A stretch of DNA of 60,186 nucleotides, counting the filler. It is 8 parts of 8 records of this genome, joined end to end, with 100 filler letters (N's around TTAATTAATTAA, not from the genome) between each part and the next. Parts side by side here need not be neighbours in the genome. Positions count along the whole stretch, not along the records: positions 40,225 to 48,051 come from DRR723986_27380; positions 48,152 to 53,557 come from DRR723986_27570; 6 more parts are not named here. The stretch is one strand, 5' to 3'. The notes under the pieces are model-generated. The model saw only the letters and a list, made by a program, of their open reading frames with translations, searched no databases and had not been told where the DNA came from. The first letter of the stretch is position 1. The number at the start of each line of letters is the position of its first letter. This document shows, piece by piece, positions 41,566 to 50,957 of this stretch. A program made the translations under genes and the position numbers.

Positions 41566-41957
41566 ATGACGGGTTTGAGAAGAAAGCTGAATAACTAGAG
41601 ACAACAGGGCTAAAGAGACATTAGAAAAGGAAATTGACAGTCGTTGCTTGTTGGACAATTACTACTACCGAAAAAGCGATTCTCTATTTGGCTATATCCA
41701 ATTCTTTGAAGACTTTGAATCGATTGGCAACGATAAAGCTGAATCTTATAAAGAAAGACATTTAGAAAACCTATCTTCGGCTTTGAACGAACACGTTTCT
41801 ACGCTGGCTGAAAAAGAACAAACAGAAGTAATCTGAAATCTGTATTTCAACTGTATCCTTTTTATCTCAAACTATTTTAAGTATTCAGATGAAATGGAAA
41901 AAGATTTACAAGAGCTCTATAATTAATCGAAAAATGAAATCAACGTTTGGCTACTAG
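41566..41957 (+). pseudogene. Probable decayed low-GC gene
   Basis: ATG at 41566 hits an early TAG; only a 62-aa fragment (41648-41836) stays open; same composition as the GNAT gene. Confidence 0.4.
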
Positions 41958-42035
41958 CCTACAAACCTGAACGATTACACCGCGCCCCAAGTCTCAAACT
42001 CCTAAACCAACACAACTCAATCTATGCAGCCGGCT

Positions 42036-43358
42036 TCAAACGTCCTGGCGCAAAACACGCGCCACAACCTCTTCGCCTATCGCAAATGCAGCCGTAGCTG
42101 CGGGTGAGGGCGCGTTAACAACATGAACCTGCCCCGCCCGCTGCATAATCAAAAAATCGTCGTACAAACTGCCGTCGGCAGCAACAGCCTGCGCGCGAAT
42201 GCCGGGCGAGCGCGGCTCCAGGTCCCGCATCTGAATTTCCGGAATCAATTGCTGTACCGAAGCCAGAAACCGGCGGCGACTTAAGGAACGCTGCAGCTCC
42301 GCCAAGCCACTGCGCCAATGCCGCTTAAACAATCGCAGAGCACCGGCATAACTAAACGTAGCAGCCGCATCGCGCAGACCGCCGAAATCTAAGGCATGTG
42401 AATCGTAAGATTCGCGGCCAAAAGACAAAACTGCATTGGGGCCGCACTCAGCAGCGGCACGCCCATCCTGTGACATAACACGGTGTACATGCACACCCAG
42501 AAACGGTAGAGTTGGATCCGGTGCCGGATACATTAATCCATTACACAGTTGCGCGGCGCGCGGACTTAAACGGAAATACTCGCCACGGAAAGGCACAATC
42601 CTGACTTCCGGCCGTAAGCCGCCGAGTCCAGCCAGCCTGTCAGCCTGCAATCCGGCACAGCCAATTATCATATCAGCTCTGAACTCCCGGCCGCAAGCAC
42701 AGCCGATAATCTGTTCAGTGGCAGCAGACTGTGACGCGCACGCAGTGATTGAAGTCACTTCTGCATTCCAGGCAAAGGTATGCCCCGCAGCCGCAAGACT
42801 TTCAACCAAACGCCGCGCCACCGCGCCGTAGTCAACAATCGCCGCACCGGGAACATGCAAAGCCGCAATGCCGGCGCAATGTGGCTCCACTTCGCGCAGC
42901 TCAGCCGCATTGAGCATGCGCGCCTCCACGATGCTGCCGTTGGCATCCAACAGAGCCTGCAGACGCGCGCGCTCAGCCGCGCTCTTAGCCACAATGACTT
43001 TACCACATGTGTCGATAGAAATTGTTTCGCGCTCACAGAATTCGCGCAGCAAAGCCTTGCCACGCAAACACAGTCGCGATTTGAGTGAAGTCTTTTTGTA
43101 ATAAATGCCGGAATGAATGACGCCGGAATTGCGGCCGCTCTGGTGTTGTGCCGGTCCCGACTCCTTGTCTATTATCGTAATGCGCAGGTCGGGCCTGCGC
43201 AGCGCCAGGTGATGCGCCGTTGCCAATCCAATAATGCCGGCGCCAATGATCAGGACAGATGCGGCCGGCGAGCCCTCAGGCTGCAAGCGAGGACTCAACT
43301 TCGCCTGATCCTGCGTTTGTCTCTTCGAGTGTATCGTCTGATGACTCTTCAGTTTCAC
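42036..43358 (-). CDS. lhgO: L-2-hydroxyglutarate oxidase
   Basis: IIGAGIIGLATA, HQSGRNSGVIHSGIYY, VPFRGEY, PFLGVH, GIRAQAV and NAPSPAATA motifs; start uncertain. Confidence 0.92.
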   Translation of the reverse strand: MKLKSHQTIHSKRQTQDQAKLSPRLQPEGSPAASVLIIGAGIIGLATAHHLALRRPDLRITIIDKESGPAQHQSGRNSGVIHSGIYYKKTSLKSRLCLRGKALLREFCERETISIDTCGKVIVAKSAAERARLQALLDANGSIVEARMLNAAELREVEPHCAGIAALHVPGAAIVDYGAVARRLVESLAAAGHTFAWNAEVTSITACASQSAATEQIIGCACGREFRADMIIGCAGLQADRLAGLGGLRPEVRIVPFRGEYFRLSPRAAQLCNGLMYPAPDPTLPFLGVHVHRVMSQDGRAAAECGPNAVLSFGRESYDSHALDFGGLRDAAATFSYAGALRLFKRHWRSGLAELQRSLSRRRFLASVQQLIPEIQMRDLEPRSPGIRAQAVAADGSLYDDFLIMQRAGQVHVVNAPSPAATAAFAIGEEVVARVLRQDV

Positions 43359-43689
43359 CAGTCAGGATCGCCATGTTGCGCGAGAGTTCGTCGCGGCGGA
43401 CCGCTTCGCGTTCGCGCTGGGCCTGATGCATTTTCTCTTTGGTGCGCTCTTCTTCTATATAGTCGCGCACCGCCGGCTGGATGAACACATCATCAAGTGG
43501 CAAGGTAGCCAGGCTTTTGGCCAGGACGGCGACCTTGACTTCTACCGGCAGACGTTTGTTGATTACGATCAGGCGGCTTTCGTTGAGGATACAGTAGCCG
43601 CCGGTAAATTTGCCGGTTTCAAAACGAACGGATAAATCGAGTTGGCGGGCCAAATCACGCAGGCCTTCAAGCAATGCCTCTGCTTTCAT
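43276..43689 (-). CDS. Conserved hypothetical protein
   Basis: L..LA.QL...VR.E.G.F.GG.C.L....LIVINKR pattern; overlaps the lhgO 5' end. Confidence 0.75.
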   Translation of the reverse strand: MKAEALLEGLRDLARQLDLSVRFETGKFTGGYCILNESRLIVINKRLPVEVKVAVLAKSLATLPLDDVFIQPAVRDYIEEERTKEKMHQAQREREAVRRDELSRNMAILTGETEESSDDTLEETNAGSGEVESSLAA

Positions 43690-44563
43690 AGAGTTGGGTT
43701 TAACCTAGCTTTGTTGATTCCAACCTTGTTGTTTTCTATCGAGTGGTGGCTTGCACACGTACCCGGAAACATCTCCGGGAGCATAGTCCTGCGCCGCCCC
43801 TCCCTGCTGCAAGGCCGAAGATAGCAAAAAGCGCGCAGTATTCCAGCGCTGAAATCGGCATTTCTGTCTGGAATGACGCTCGCGCTGCCAACTAATCGCT
43901 GCCGAATACACGAAGACGCGCTGCCGGCCGTCCGAGTGGGGGTTTTGGCACTGCTGCGCACGTGCAGCCACGTTGCCGTAGATCGCGCAGTTGCGGCCGG
44001 TTCGCCCCCCACCGGAATCCAGAGCAGCTCGCACCAACTTTGATAATGTTCGGCTGTATTTGCACGCGTCAGGAATTGTGCATGGACCGGCAGATACGAG
44101 TAAGCGGCAGGTATGTAACGCCTGCCTGCGACAAGTCCGACATATAACAATGCAAACCATTGTTGCAATTCACTACAAGCAGGCTGGGCCTTCAACCTGC
44201 AGAATGCGCCGCTTCCCGCGCTATTACAGAGTCGAAAGAATGGTGAGACCGGCCCGTATTATGGGATACGGAATCCTGGCAGCTTCTTAAATCCCGACTC
44301 GCAGACAATCCCGGATAATCTGATTACGTCATCTTCGCGATTGGCGCTCAACTCTAAGGTTGCACGTGCTTTAGTCGATCCCCAAAAAAATTATGTAAAT
44401 TTGTCTGCCGGTCTGCGCACCGGCACTTCGGGCATTTTACTATTACGGCATTCCCCGGCGCCTGACACATGGCAGCCTTGAATATTCGGCAAAACGACAA
44501 TTTTAAAACACGGTTTTTATTCCGCTTGAACAGATCCGTTCATCCTTTTGGAGAGTTTGATTT

Positions 44564-45499
44564 ATGATGACCAAGAATTATTGGAAAGCCTTCGCGCTTT
44601 TACTTTGCTTCAGCTTTACGATCATTGCTTGTGACGATGATGAAGATCCGATTGATCCAACAACACCGCCGGCAGCGCCAACCGGCCTGCAAGCAACTTC
44701 ACTGAGCAGCACAAGCATCGGCCTGCGCTGGACACTCAGCACTGATGAACTTGACGCCGATTTCAACGGCTATCAGGTTTCAATCTCTGACGCTGACGGC
44801 AACGCTGTCGGTACTCCAATGCCAGTAGCAGCAACCCAAACCGGTGTTACCGTTACTGACCTTACTGAAGGTGTTGTATACACCTTCTCAGTCGTTGCCA
44901 TTACAACTGACGAAACTGTCAGCGAGACTCCAGCAACGATCAGCTGGGCTCCAGCCGCACGTTATGACATGTCAATCCTTGGCGCACTTGACCTGCACGA
45001 ATTCGCTTCTTCTCTGGCCAGTGGCCTCGAAGTGTACAACCCGGGTGATGAAATGCCGGCCACATGGCGTGTCGCCAGTGCAGGCAATGTAAATATTGAC
45101 CTCGTATTCGATTATCGTGGCGACGATCAGCCACTGTTGATTGGTTCACCGACGGCTTCTGACTTTGTAGATGCTAACGGTGTATACACATCGAATGGCA
45201 ATCAGAATGCAGCCAGAACAACCATGATCGGTAAAGTCTGGGACGGCGTTGAAAGCTTTGACGAAGTCTATGATACCGAAGCACTCGATGCTACAACAAT
45301 GACTGACAGCATGATCGACTTCACGAACAAAACTGGCAGCTTTGTTTTCGCTTGTATGACTACGAGTGGCAACTACGCTAAAGTTCTTGTGAAGTACACC
45401 GGCGGTTCATTCTTGCAGGATGCTGCGCCAGACCGTGCCATCAACGTTACGGTTTCCTACCAAAGTGCGGCAAACGTGCCTTTCGCTAAAGGCAACTAA
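44564..45499 (+). CDS. Lipoprotein with fibronectin type III domain
   Basis: Lipobox IIA-C followed by an acidic DDDED tract; FN3 pattern PAAPTGL....W....Y....L..G..Y.FSVVA. Confidence 0.88.
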   Translation: MMTKNYWKAFALLLCFSFTIIACDDDEDPIDPTTPPAAPTGLQATSLSSTSIGLRWTLSTDELDADFNGYQVSISDADGNAVGTPMPVAATQTGVTVTDLTEGVVYTFSVVAITTDETVSETPATISWAPAARYDMSILGALDLHEFASSLASGLEVYNPGDEMPATWRVASAGNVNIDLVFDYRGDDQPLLIGSPTASDFVDANGVYTSNGNQNAARTTMIGKVWDGVESFDEVYDTEALDATTMTDSMIDFTNKTGSFVFACMTTSGNYAKVLVKYTGGSFLQDAAPDRAINVTVSYQSAANVPFAKGN

Positions 45500-45528
45500 G
45501 CCTGGCGCTTAAAAGCTTATCGACGCAC

Positions 45529-45556
45529 AAAAAACGCCGCCCTAGGGCGGCGTTTG
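45529..45556. terminator. Intrinsic terminator
   Basis: aaacgccgccc-ta-gggcggcgttt with an upstream A-tract. Confidence 0.8.
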
Positions 45557-45635
45557 ACTTTGATCGATACAGTTGGCCATACAAAGACCGCAATGATCCA
45601 TTTCTACTTACTTTTGAACCCGGAGAATTAATCCG

Positions 45636-46160
45636 ATGAAAAAATTGACCATACTGCTTGCGCTGAACTGCGTTTTTGCGATGACGGTCATGTGCTCAAG
45701 CGACACAAAGGACGAAGTTCCTGCCGAAGCCGCAGTACAAACCAAAGAAGCACCTGTTGAAGCTATTTCAACCGAGCCTGCTACCGAAGAAGCCGCCGCC
45801 GATCCTCTTGAGGGCGAACAACTGGCTGTTAATACGCCGGCCGAACCAGACCTGCCACCGGAAGGTTCCGGAAAACCAGTTGTAGGTAAAGTTGTTGACG
45901 TTATTGCCATGGCACTTGGTGGCAGCGGCATCGTTGACAAAGCCGGCGCCGAATCCGCCGTAGCCAAAGGCCACCCGTTGGCTCTTCTGGTTACCGTTGG
46001 CGGTAAAAAAATGGTGTACTACATCGTTCATAACAATGGCCAAATGGCTACTGAAGAACTCGTACGCCGCGCTTCCTATGACGTTGCTGTTATCGGCAAA
46101 CGCGTCAACAACAATGGCGTTAACGCTATCGTTGCCGACAAAATCGAATCGATGCGTTGA
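45636..46160 (+). CDS. Hypothetical exported protein or lipoprotein
   Basis: MKK-hydrophobic-C signal, acidic Ala/Pro linker, small C-terminal beta domain. Confidence 0.78.
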   Translation: MKKLTILLALNCVFAMTVMCSSDTKDEVPAEAAVQTKEAPVEAISTEPATEEAAADPLEGEQLAVNTPAEPDLPPEGSGKPVVGKVVDVIAMALGGSGIVDKAGAESAVAKGHPLALLVTVGGKKMVYYIVHNNGQMATEELVRRASYDVAVIGKRVNNNGVNAIVADKIESMR

Positions 46161-46211
46161 TCTCGCGGCACATATTCAGGTACTTAAAGGCCTGATAGAC
46201 AATCAAATGAA

Positions 46212-46243
46212 CGTCGCATCCACTCCGGATGCGGCGTTTTTTG
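46212..46243 (+). terminator. Intrinsic terminator
   Basis: cgtcgcatcc-actcc-ggatgcggcg followed by tttttt. Confidence 0.75.
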
Positions 46244-46436
46244 TATCATTGTGTCTCTCTATACTCCCGGCACGCCGGCTAACAAGAAAAAACAGCAAGC
46301 CACCCAACGCAGTGGCAGGGGCGAAGCGCTCAAACAGGCCCACGTAGTGAGGCCGCCGTCAAAGCTGGAACGGAATATTCGTCCCCAAACTCGTCCCCAA
46401 ACCCGTCCTCGAAATTCGCGGTGCAAAAGGATCAAA

Positions 46437-47750
46437 ATGGATCTCTACTTCGGTAACTCACGCCAACATTCGCAAACGACGCTTGCGCCCTGGTTTACAA
46501 CTGCGGGCTGGCTTTTTGTGATTTTCTTGTTTGTAGCTGCACCAAAATCCACAATTGCCGACTGCGCGTGTAAAGACCACGAACCGCTGATGCTCGCCTC
46601 CAGCGACGATTCCGACGTGCCCTATGCCACGCCACGATGGACCAATCAGGAAGCACTTGATTTTATGGGAGAAGCCTGGGGATACGGCTACGGCAACCTG
46701 CTGCACGACCTGGCGCACTGGAGCCAAAGCCCATACGTAAAAATCGACTCAATTGGACGCTCCGTGGAAGGACGCGCCATCTGGGCCATGCAGATTACAA
46801 ACGATGAACAACAATCCGTGCCGCGCCAGACAGTTGCGATCCACGCACGCACACATCCCGGCGAAGTCCAGGCCTGGCACGTAACCCACGAAATCATCAA
46901 ACTGCTCCTGGGTGAAAATGACTTTGCGCAGCACCTGCGTAATTCGGTGGTTTGGCACATCATTCCCATGCTCAATCCGGACGGCGTAGAGAACGATATT
47001 CCGCGGCACAACATCAACGATGTGGACCTGGAACGCGAATGGGACAAATCCGATCCGCAGCCCGAAGCCGCCGCTCTCCAAAAATATTATCGCGACTTAA
47101 TGGCCTCCGAGGCGCCCATCAAACTGGCGCTCAACATGCACTCGGCAATTGCCTGCAAACGCTACTTTGTGTACCACGACGAGGCCGGCACTTCCGCCCA
47201 GTTTGCTGCCGACCAGCGCGACTTTATCAATGCCGTGCGCAACTACTTTGCCGAAGGCGTTGAGCCCTGGGACTATTACGTCAGCTGGAAACAAAGTACG
47301 CCGACACATTTCCCTGAGAGCTGGTTCTGGCTCAACCACGGCACGGACGTCATGGCGCTGACCTACGAAGACGCCAACTGCGTGACTGCCGGCGAATATG
47401 GGCGGACGGCCGACGCGATCCTGCGCGGCATCCGCGATTACATGAAACTACCGGCCGTTACCGACGCTGCGGAGACAACAACTTTTGAGCCGCGTTTGAC
47501 AATTTTTCCAAATCCAGTTATCGCGCAGGCCTCGATACGCTTTCAGACTTCGCGCGATGGCATGATCAGTTTAAAACTCTACAATGGCAGTGGTGTTCTG
47601 GTACGCGAAATCAGTTCGGGCTGGCAGCCTGCGGGCCAGCATCAGATGCGCACCAATTTGAGCGGTTTGCCTGCAGGTGCTTACACCTGTGAACTCGTGG
47701 GACCGGACGGACGCATCAACGTGCGCGCCATGCTGGTTGGCGGCAAGTAA
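46437..47750 (+). CDS. M14 zinc carboxypeptidase with T9SS C-terminal domain
   Basis: IGRSVEGR, ARTHPGE (HxxE), PMLNPDG, R.N...VDL.R and LNMH motifs; C-terminal IFPNP...AGAY. Confidence 0.9.
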   Translation: MDLYFGNSRQHSQTTLAPWFTTAGWLFVIFLFVAAPKSTIADCACKDHEPLMLASSDDSDVPYATPRWTNQEALDFMGEAWGYGYGNLLHDLAHWSQSPYVKIDSIGRSVEGRAIWAMQITNDEQQSVPRQTVAIHARTHPGEVQAWHVTHEIIKLLLGENDFAQHLRNSVVWHIIPMLNPDGVENDIPRHNINDVDLEREWDKSDPQPEAAALQKYYRDLMASEAPIKLALNMHSAIACKRYFVYHDEAGTSAQFAADQRDFINAVRNYFAEGVEPWDYYVSWKQSTPTHFPESWFWLNHGTDVMALTYEDANCVTAGEYGRTADAILRGIRDYMKLPAVTDAAETTTFEPRLTIFPNPVIAQASIRFQTSRDGMISLKLYNGSGVLVREISSGWQPAGQHQMRTNLSGLPAGAYTCELVGPDGRINVRAMLVGGK

Positions 47751-48151
47751 GCGGTTTGTTCTACGCGACGCAGCGGCGCGTCGGCTATTTATTTTTGCAC
47801 ATGGGACCGGCGGCCGGCTTAACTCCTGAGCTGTCGTCTGCGACCACACTTCCACTTTTTGGGTCCGTTTAAGCGCATTTACGGTCACTTTAGCACATCG
47901 CGCTTGGATTGCAGCGCGGATGTGATGCATTTTACTTGTGTTAAACTTCCGGAAGATTAACCACGAACTCAGGGTTTGGCACACATGAGTGCCGGGCTGT
48001 ATTCCACTGGACGCGTCTAGTTCTAAAGACACTCTGTGACGTTCCAAAAATNNNNNNNNNNNNNNNNNNNNNNNNNNNNNNNNNNNNNNNNNNNNTTAAT
48101 TAATTAANNNNNNNNNNNNNNNNNNNNNNNNNNNNNNNNNNNNNNNNNNNN

Positions 48152-48835
48152 GCCCAAAAAGATATAGCCCGCGCCATAGATTGTTTTGATCAGGCGCGGG
48201 TTTTTTGGATCTTCGCGCAGTTTTGTGCGCAGGCGGGAAATGCGCACATCCATCGCCCTGTCAAAGCTTTCACCAGCTGCCCCGCCCAGCGTTTCTTGCA
48301 TCACCGCGCGGCTGATCAGGCGTTTGGGGCGCTCGAGAAACAGCCGCAGCACCTCGCCTTCGGCATGGGAAAACGGGGTTTCTTCGCCGCGGTCATCAAC
48401 CAATATGTAGCTGTCAAAATAGGCCGACCAGCCATTGAACCGGGCGGTATTGCCGGTGTTGGTGGCAGATTTTCCGCGCCGCAGCCGGGCCCTGATGCGG
48501 GCCACCACCTCGGCCGGATCAAAGGGCTTGATGATGTAATCATCGGCGCCCAGTTCCAGCCCTGTCACCCGGTCTTGCACCTGCGCGCGCCCTGAAATGA
48601 TGATCACGGTTGCCCCCTGTTCCAGCGCCAGACGGTGCACCAGGGTCAGCCCGTCGCGATCTGGCAGGGACAGATCGACAAGGCAAACATCGGGCGTTGC
48701 GGTTTTCAGCGCGGCCTCGAATTCGGTGGCGCGGCCAAAGCCCATGGTGCGAAACCCCGCCTCTTCCAGGGCATCTGCCAGCATGCTGCGAATTTCGGGT
48801 TCATCATCCAAGATGGTTACAAGGGGGGCAGTCAT
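48152..48835 (-). CDS. OmpR-family response regulator (3' end cut by contig end)
   Basis: ILDDE, VDLSLP, GADDYIIKPF, DRAMDVRISRLR.KL and IKTIYGAGY motifs. Confidence 0.95.
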
Positions 48836-48838
48836 TGC

Positions 48839-50776
48839 TTAGGCCTCGTGCGGGGAAAGATAGGCGCCCAATTCGCGCGCGCTAAAGGGTTTGCGCAGCA
48901 CCGGGGCCTTTTGCAAGGTTTGCCGGTGCAACGGGTGTTCTGGCGGCAGCGATGTCATCATGATGCGCGGCGGCGCGGTGGGGGGCAGGCGCTGCAGCAG
49001 ATCCAGCCCGGTGGCATCGCCCTCGAGCGAGATATCTGACAAGATCAGCGTAATGCCTGGCACCTCGCCCAGCAGTGTCAGTGCCTCGTCCACGCTGGTG
49101 GCCTCGATCACGGTATGGCCCAGATCGGTCAGCATGCCGCGGATACCGGCGCGCAGGTCGTCGCTGTCTTCGACCAGCAGCACAAGGCCGGGGGCCACGG
49201 GGGCGGGGGCGTGGCGCAGCGGCAAGCGCAGGGTAACCTGGCCACCAACACCGGGCGCATTGCCCAGCCGCACGGTGCCGCCGGCCAATTTGCACGTGTC
49301 ATAGACCATCGCCAGCCCCAGGCCCGACCCCTCGCCGCCTTTGGTGGTGAAAAACGGCTGGAACGCATGGGCCAAAGCGGCCTCGGAAAAGCCGGGGCCG
49401 GTATCGGTGACGGTGAATTCGGTCCATGTATCGCGCACGGGCGTGACGGTAAGGGTGATCACCCCTTGGGTGCCCATCGCATCGCGGGCATTCAAAAACA
49501 GGTTCAACAGCGCATCTTGCAGCATGCCGGGTTCCAGCATCAGCCGGTCATCGCCGAGGCTGTTGAAAATATCAAGGCGCATGCCCTGGGGCAGGGCGGG
49601 CGCGGCCAGCGTTTCCAGATCGTGCAGCAAGGCACCCAGATCTGTGGGTTGGGGGTGCCATTCGCGGCTGCCGGTGATGTCGCCGATGCGGTTTAGCAGG
49701 GCCCCGCCGCGCCGCGCCGCCCCAAGGGTGGCGGCCACCAATTCTGGTGCCGGTTCGGGCAGGGGCAGGCGCTGCAGCCGCGATTGGCTGCCCAAGATGA
49801 TGGTCAGCAGGTTGGAAAAATCATGCGCCATGCCGCTGATCAACTGCGCGGCCAATTCGCGCCGGCGGGTTTGTTGCAGCGCTGATCTGGCTTGGGTTTC
49901 TTCGGTGACATCGGTGGATAAAATATACACCCCCACGATTTCGCCCGCTGCGTTGCGGTCGGGGGTAAAGGCGGTGCGAATGCGGCGCGAGCTGTCTTCG
50001 TGGTAAAATTCAAAGGTGCTGGGCGTGCCCTGAAACGCGGCCTGCAATTTCGGGCCGATATGGGAATAGGCGCTTTCGCCCAGGGCCTCGCGGATATTCA
50101 GCCCGACAATATCTGACGGGCGGCCGGGGATAATGGCATTCAGGCGGCGGTTGGAAAATGTATAGGTCATATCACGTCCGACATGGGCGATATGGGCTGG
50201 CATCATCTCGGTGGTTTGGCGGGTGCGCGCCTCGGTTGCGGTCAGCTGGCGCTTGGCCTCTTCGAGGGCTGAAATCGTGGCCGCCAAGGCGCGGTTTGTG
50301 GCAGACAGCTCTTCTGCATAGGCCAGCAACTTGTCGCTTAATTCGGCCGAGCGGCTGCGCAACAAGGTTTCTTGCTGCTTGGTTTGGGTGATATCGGTGT
50401 AAACTGTAATCCAGCCGCCCTCGGGCAGGGGCACGCCTTCGACTGCGATGGTTTGGCCATTGGCGCGGGTGCGTTCCATGTAATGCTGCTCAAACGCGCG
50501 CGCCTGTTCGACGCGTTGTTGAACGGCGGCGTCGATATCATCAACCGGCCCATATTCGCCCCGCTCTACAAGATGGCGGATGGTTTCGGCAAAACTGGTG
50601 CCGGGCTTAATAAGATGGGCGGGCAAATCAAACATTTCACGAAAGACGCGGTTTGACACAACCAAGCGCAGGTCGCTGTCATAAATCGAAAGCGCCTGTG
50701 GTATCAGGTTTAGGCCGGCCATCATCATGGCGGCGCTGTGCTGGGTATCTTGCGGCATCTGGCCCCTTTTTCCCAT
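48839..50776 (-). CDS. PAS-PAS hybrid sensor histidine kinase
   Basis: Two PAS regions; H-box AHDFSNLL; NARDAM, DTGPG, PFFTTK and GSGLGL motifs; C-terminal receiver domain. Confidence 0.95.
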   Translation of the reverse strand: MGKRGQMPQDTQHSAAMMMAGLNLIPQALSIYDSDLRLVVSNRVFREMFDLPAHLIKPGTSFAETIRHLVERGEYGPVDDIDAAVQQRVEQARAFEQHYMERTRANGQTIAVEGVPLPEGGWITVYTDITQTKQQETLLRSRSAELSDKLLAYAEELSATNRALAATISALEEAKRQLTATEARTRQTTEMMPAHIAHVGRDMTYTFSNRRLNAIIPGRPSDIVGLNIREALGESAYSHIGPKLQAAFQGTPSTFEFYHEDSSRRIRTAFTPDRNAAGEIVGVYILSTDVTEETQARSALQQTRRRELAAQLISGMAHDFSNLLTIILGSQSRLQRLPLPEPAPELVAATLGAARRGGALLNRIGDITGSREWHPQPTDLGALLHDLETLAAPALPQGMRLDIFNSLGDDRLMLEPGMLQDALLNLFLNARDAMGTQGVITLTVTPVRDTWTEFTVTDTGPGFSEAALAHAFQPFFTTKGGEGSGLGLAMVYDTCKLAGGTVRLGNAPGVGGQVTLRLPLRHAPAPVAPGLVLLVEDSDDLRAGIRGMLTDLGHTVIEATSVDEALTLLGEVPGITLILSDISLEGDATGLDLLQRLPPTAPPRIMMTSLPPEHPLHRQTLQKAPVLRKPFSARELGAYLSPHEA

Positions 50777-50818
50777 GGCCTAGCATTGCCCGGCGCGGTG
50801 GCAAAGCCCATTGATGGG

Positions 50819-50837
50819 TTGTTACAATTCGTAAGGA
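50819..50837. promoter_or_regulatory. Candidate response-regulator box between divergent genes
   Basis: GTTACA-attc-GTAAGG, an imperfect 10-bp-period direct repeat. Confidence 0.35.
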
Positions 50838-50957
50838 TTGGGCAAACATCAGGAAAAAGTTGACCATCAGCGTGCAAGCTGCACCAATTGGGCCGGGAGA
50901 ATCGCCGGCACAGGCGGTCGGCTGCCCGGAACCAACCGGGTAAAGGGAGGAATAGAT

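Noticed and set aside
43690..44560. Structured RNA or riboswitch in the long divergent intergenic region
   Set aside because: Only isolated hairpins (e.g. ggcagg...cctgcc near 44106); I recognise no RNase P, SRP, tmRNA or riboswitch motif. An Rfam scan would settle it.
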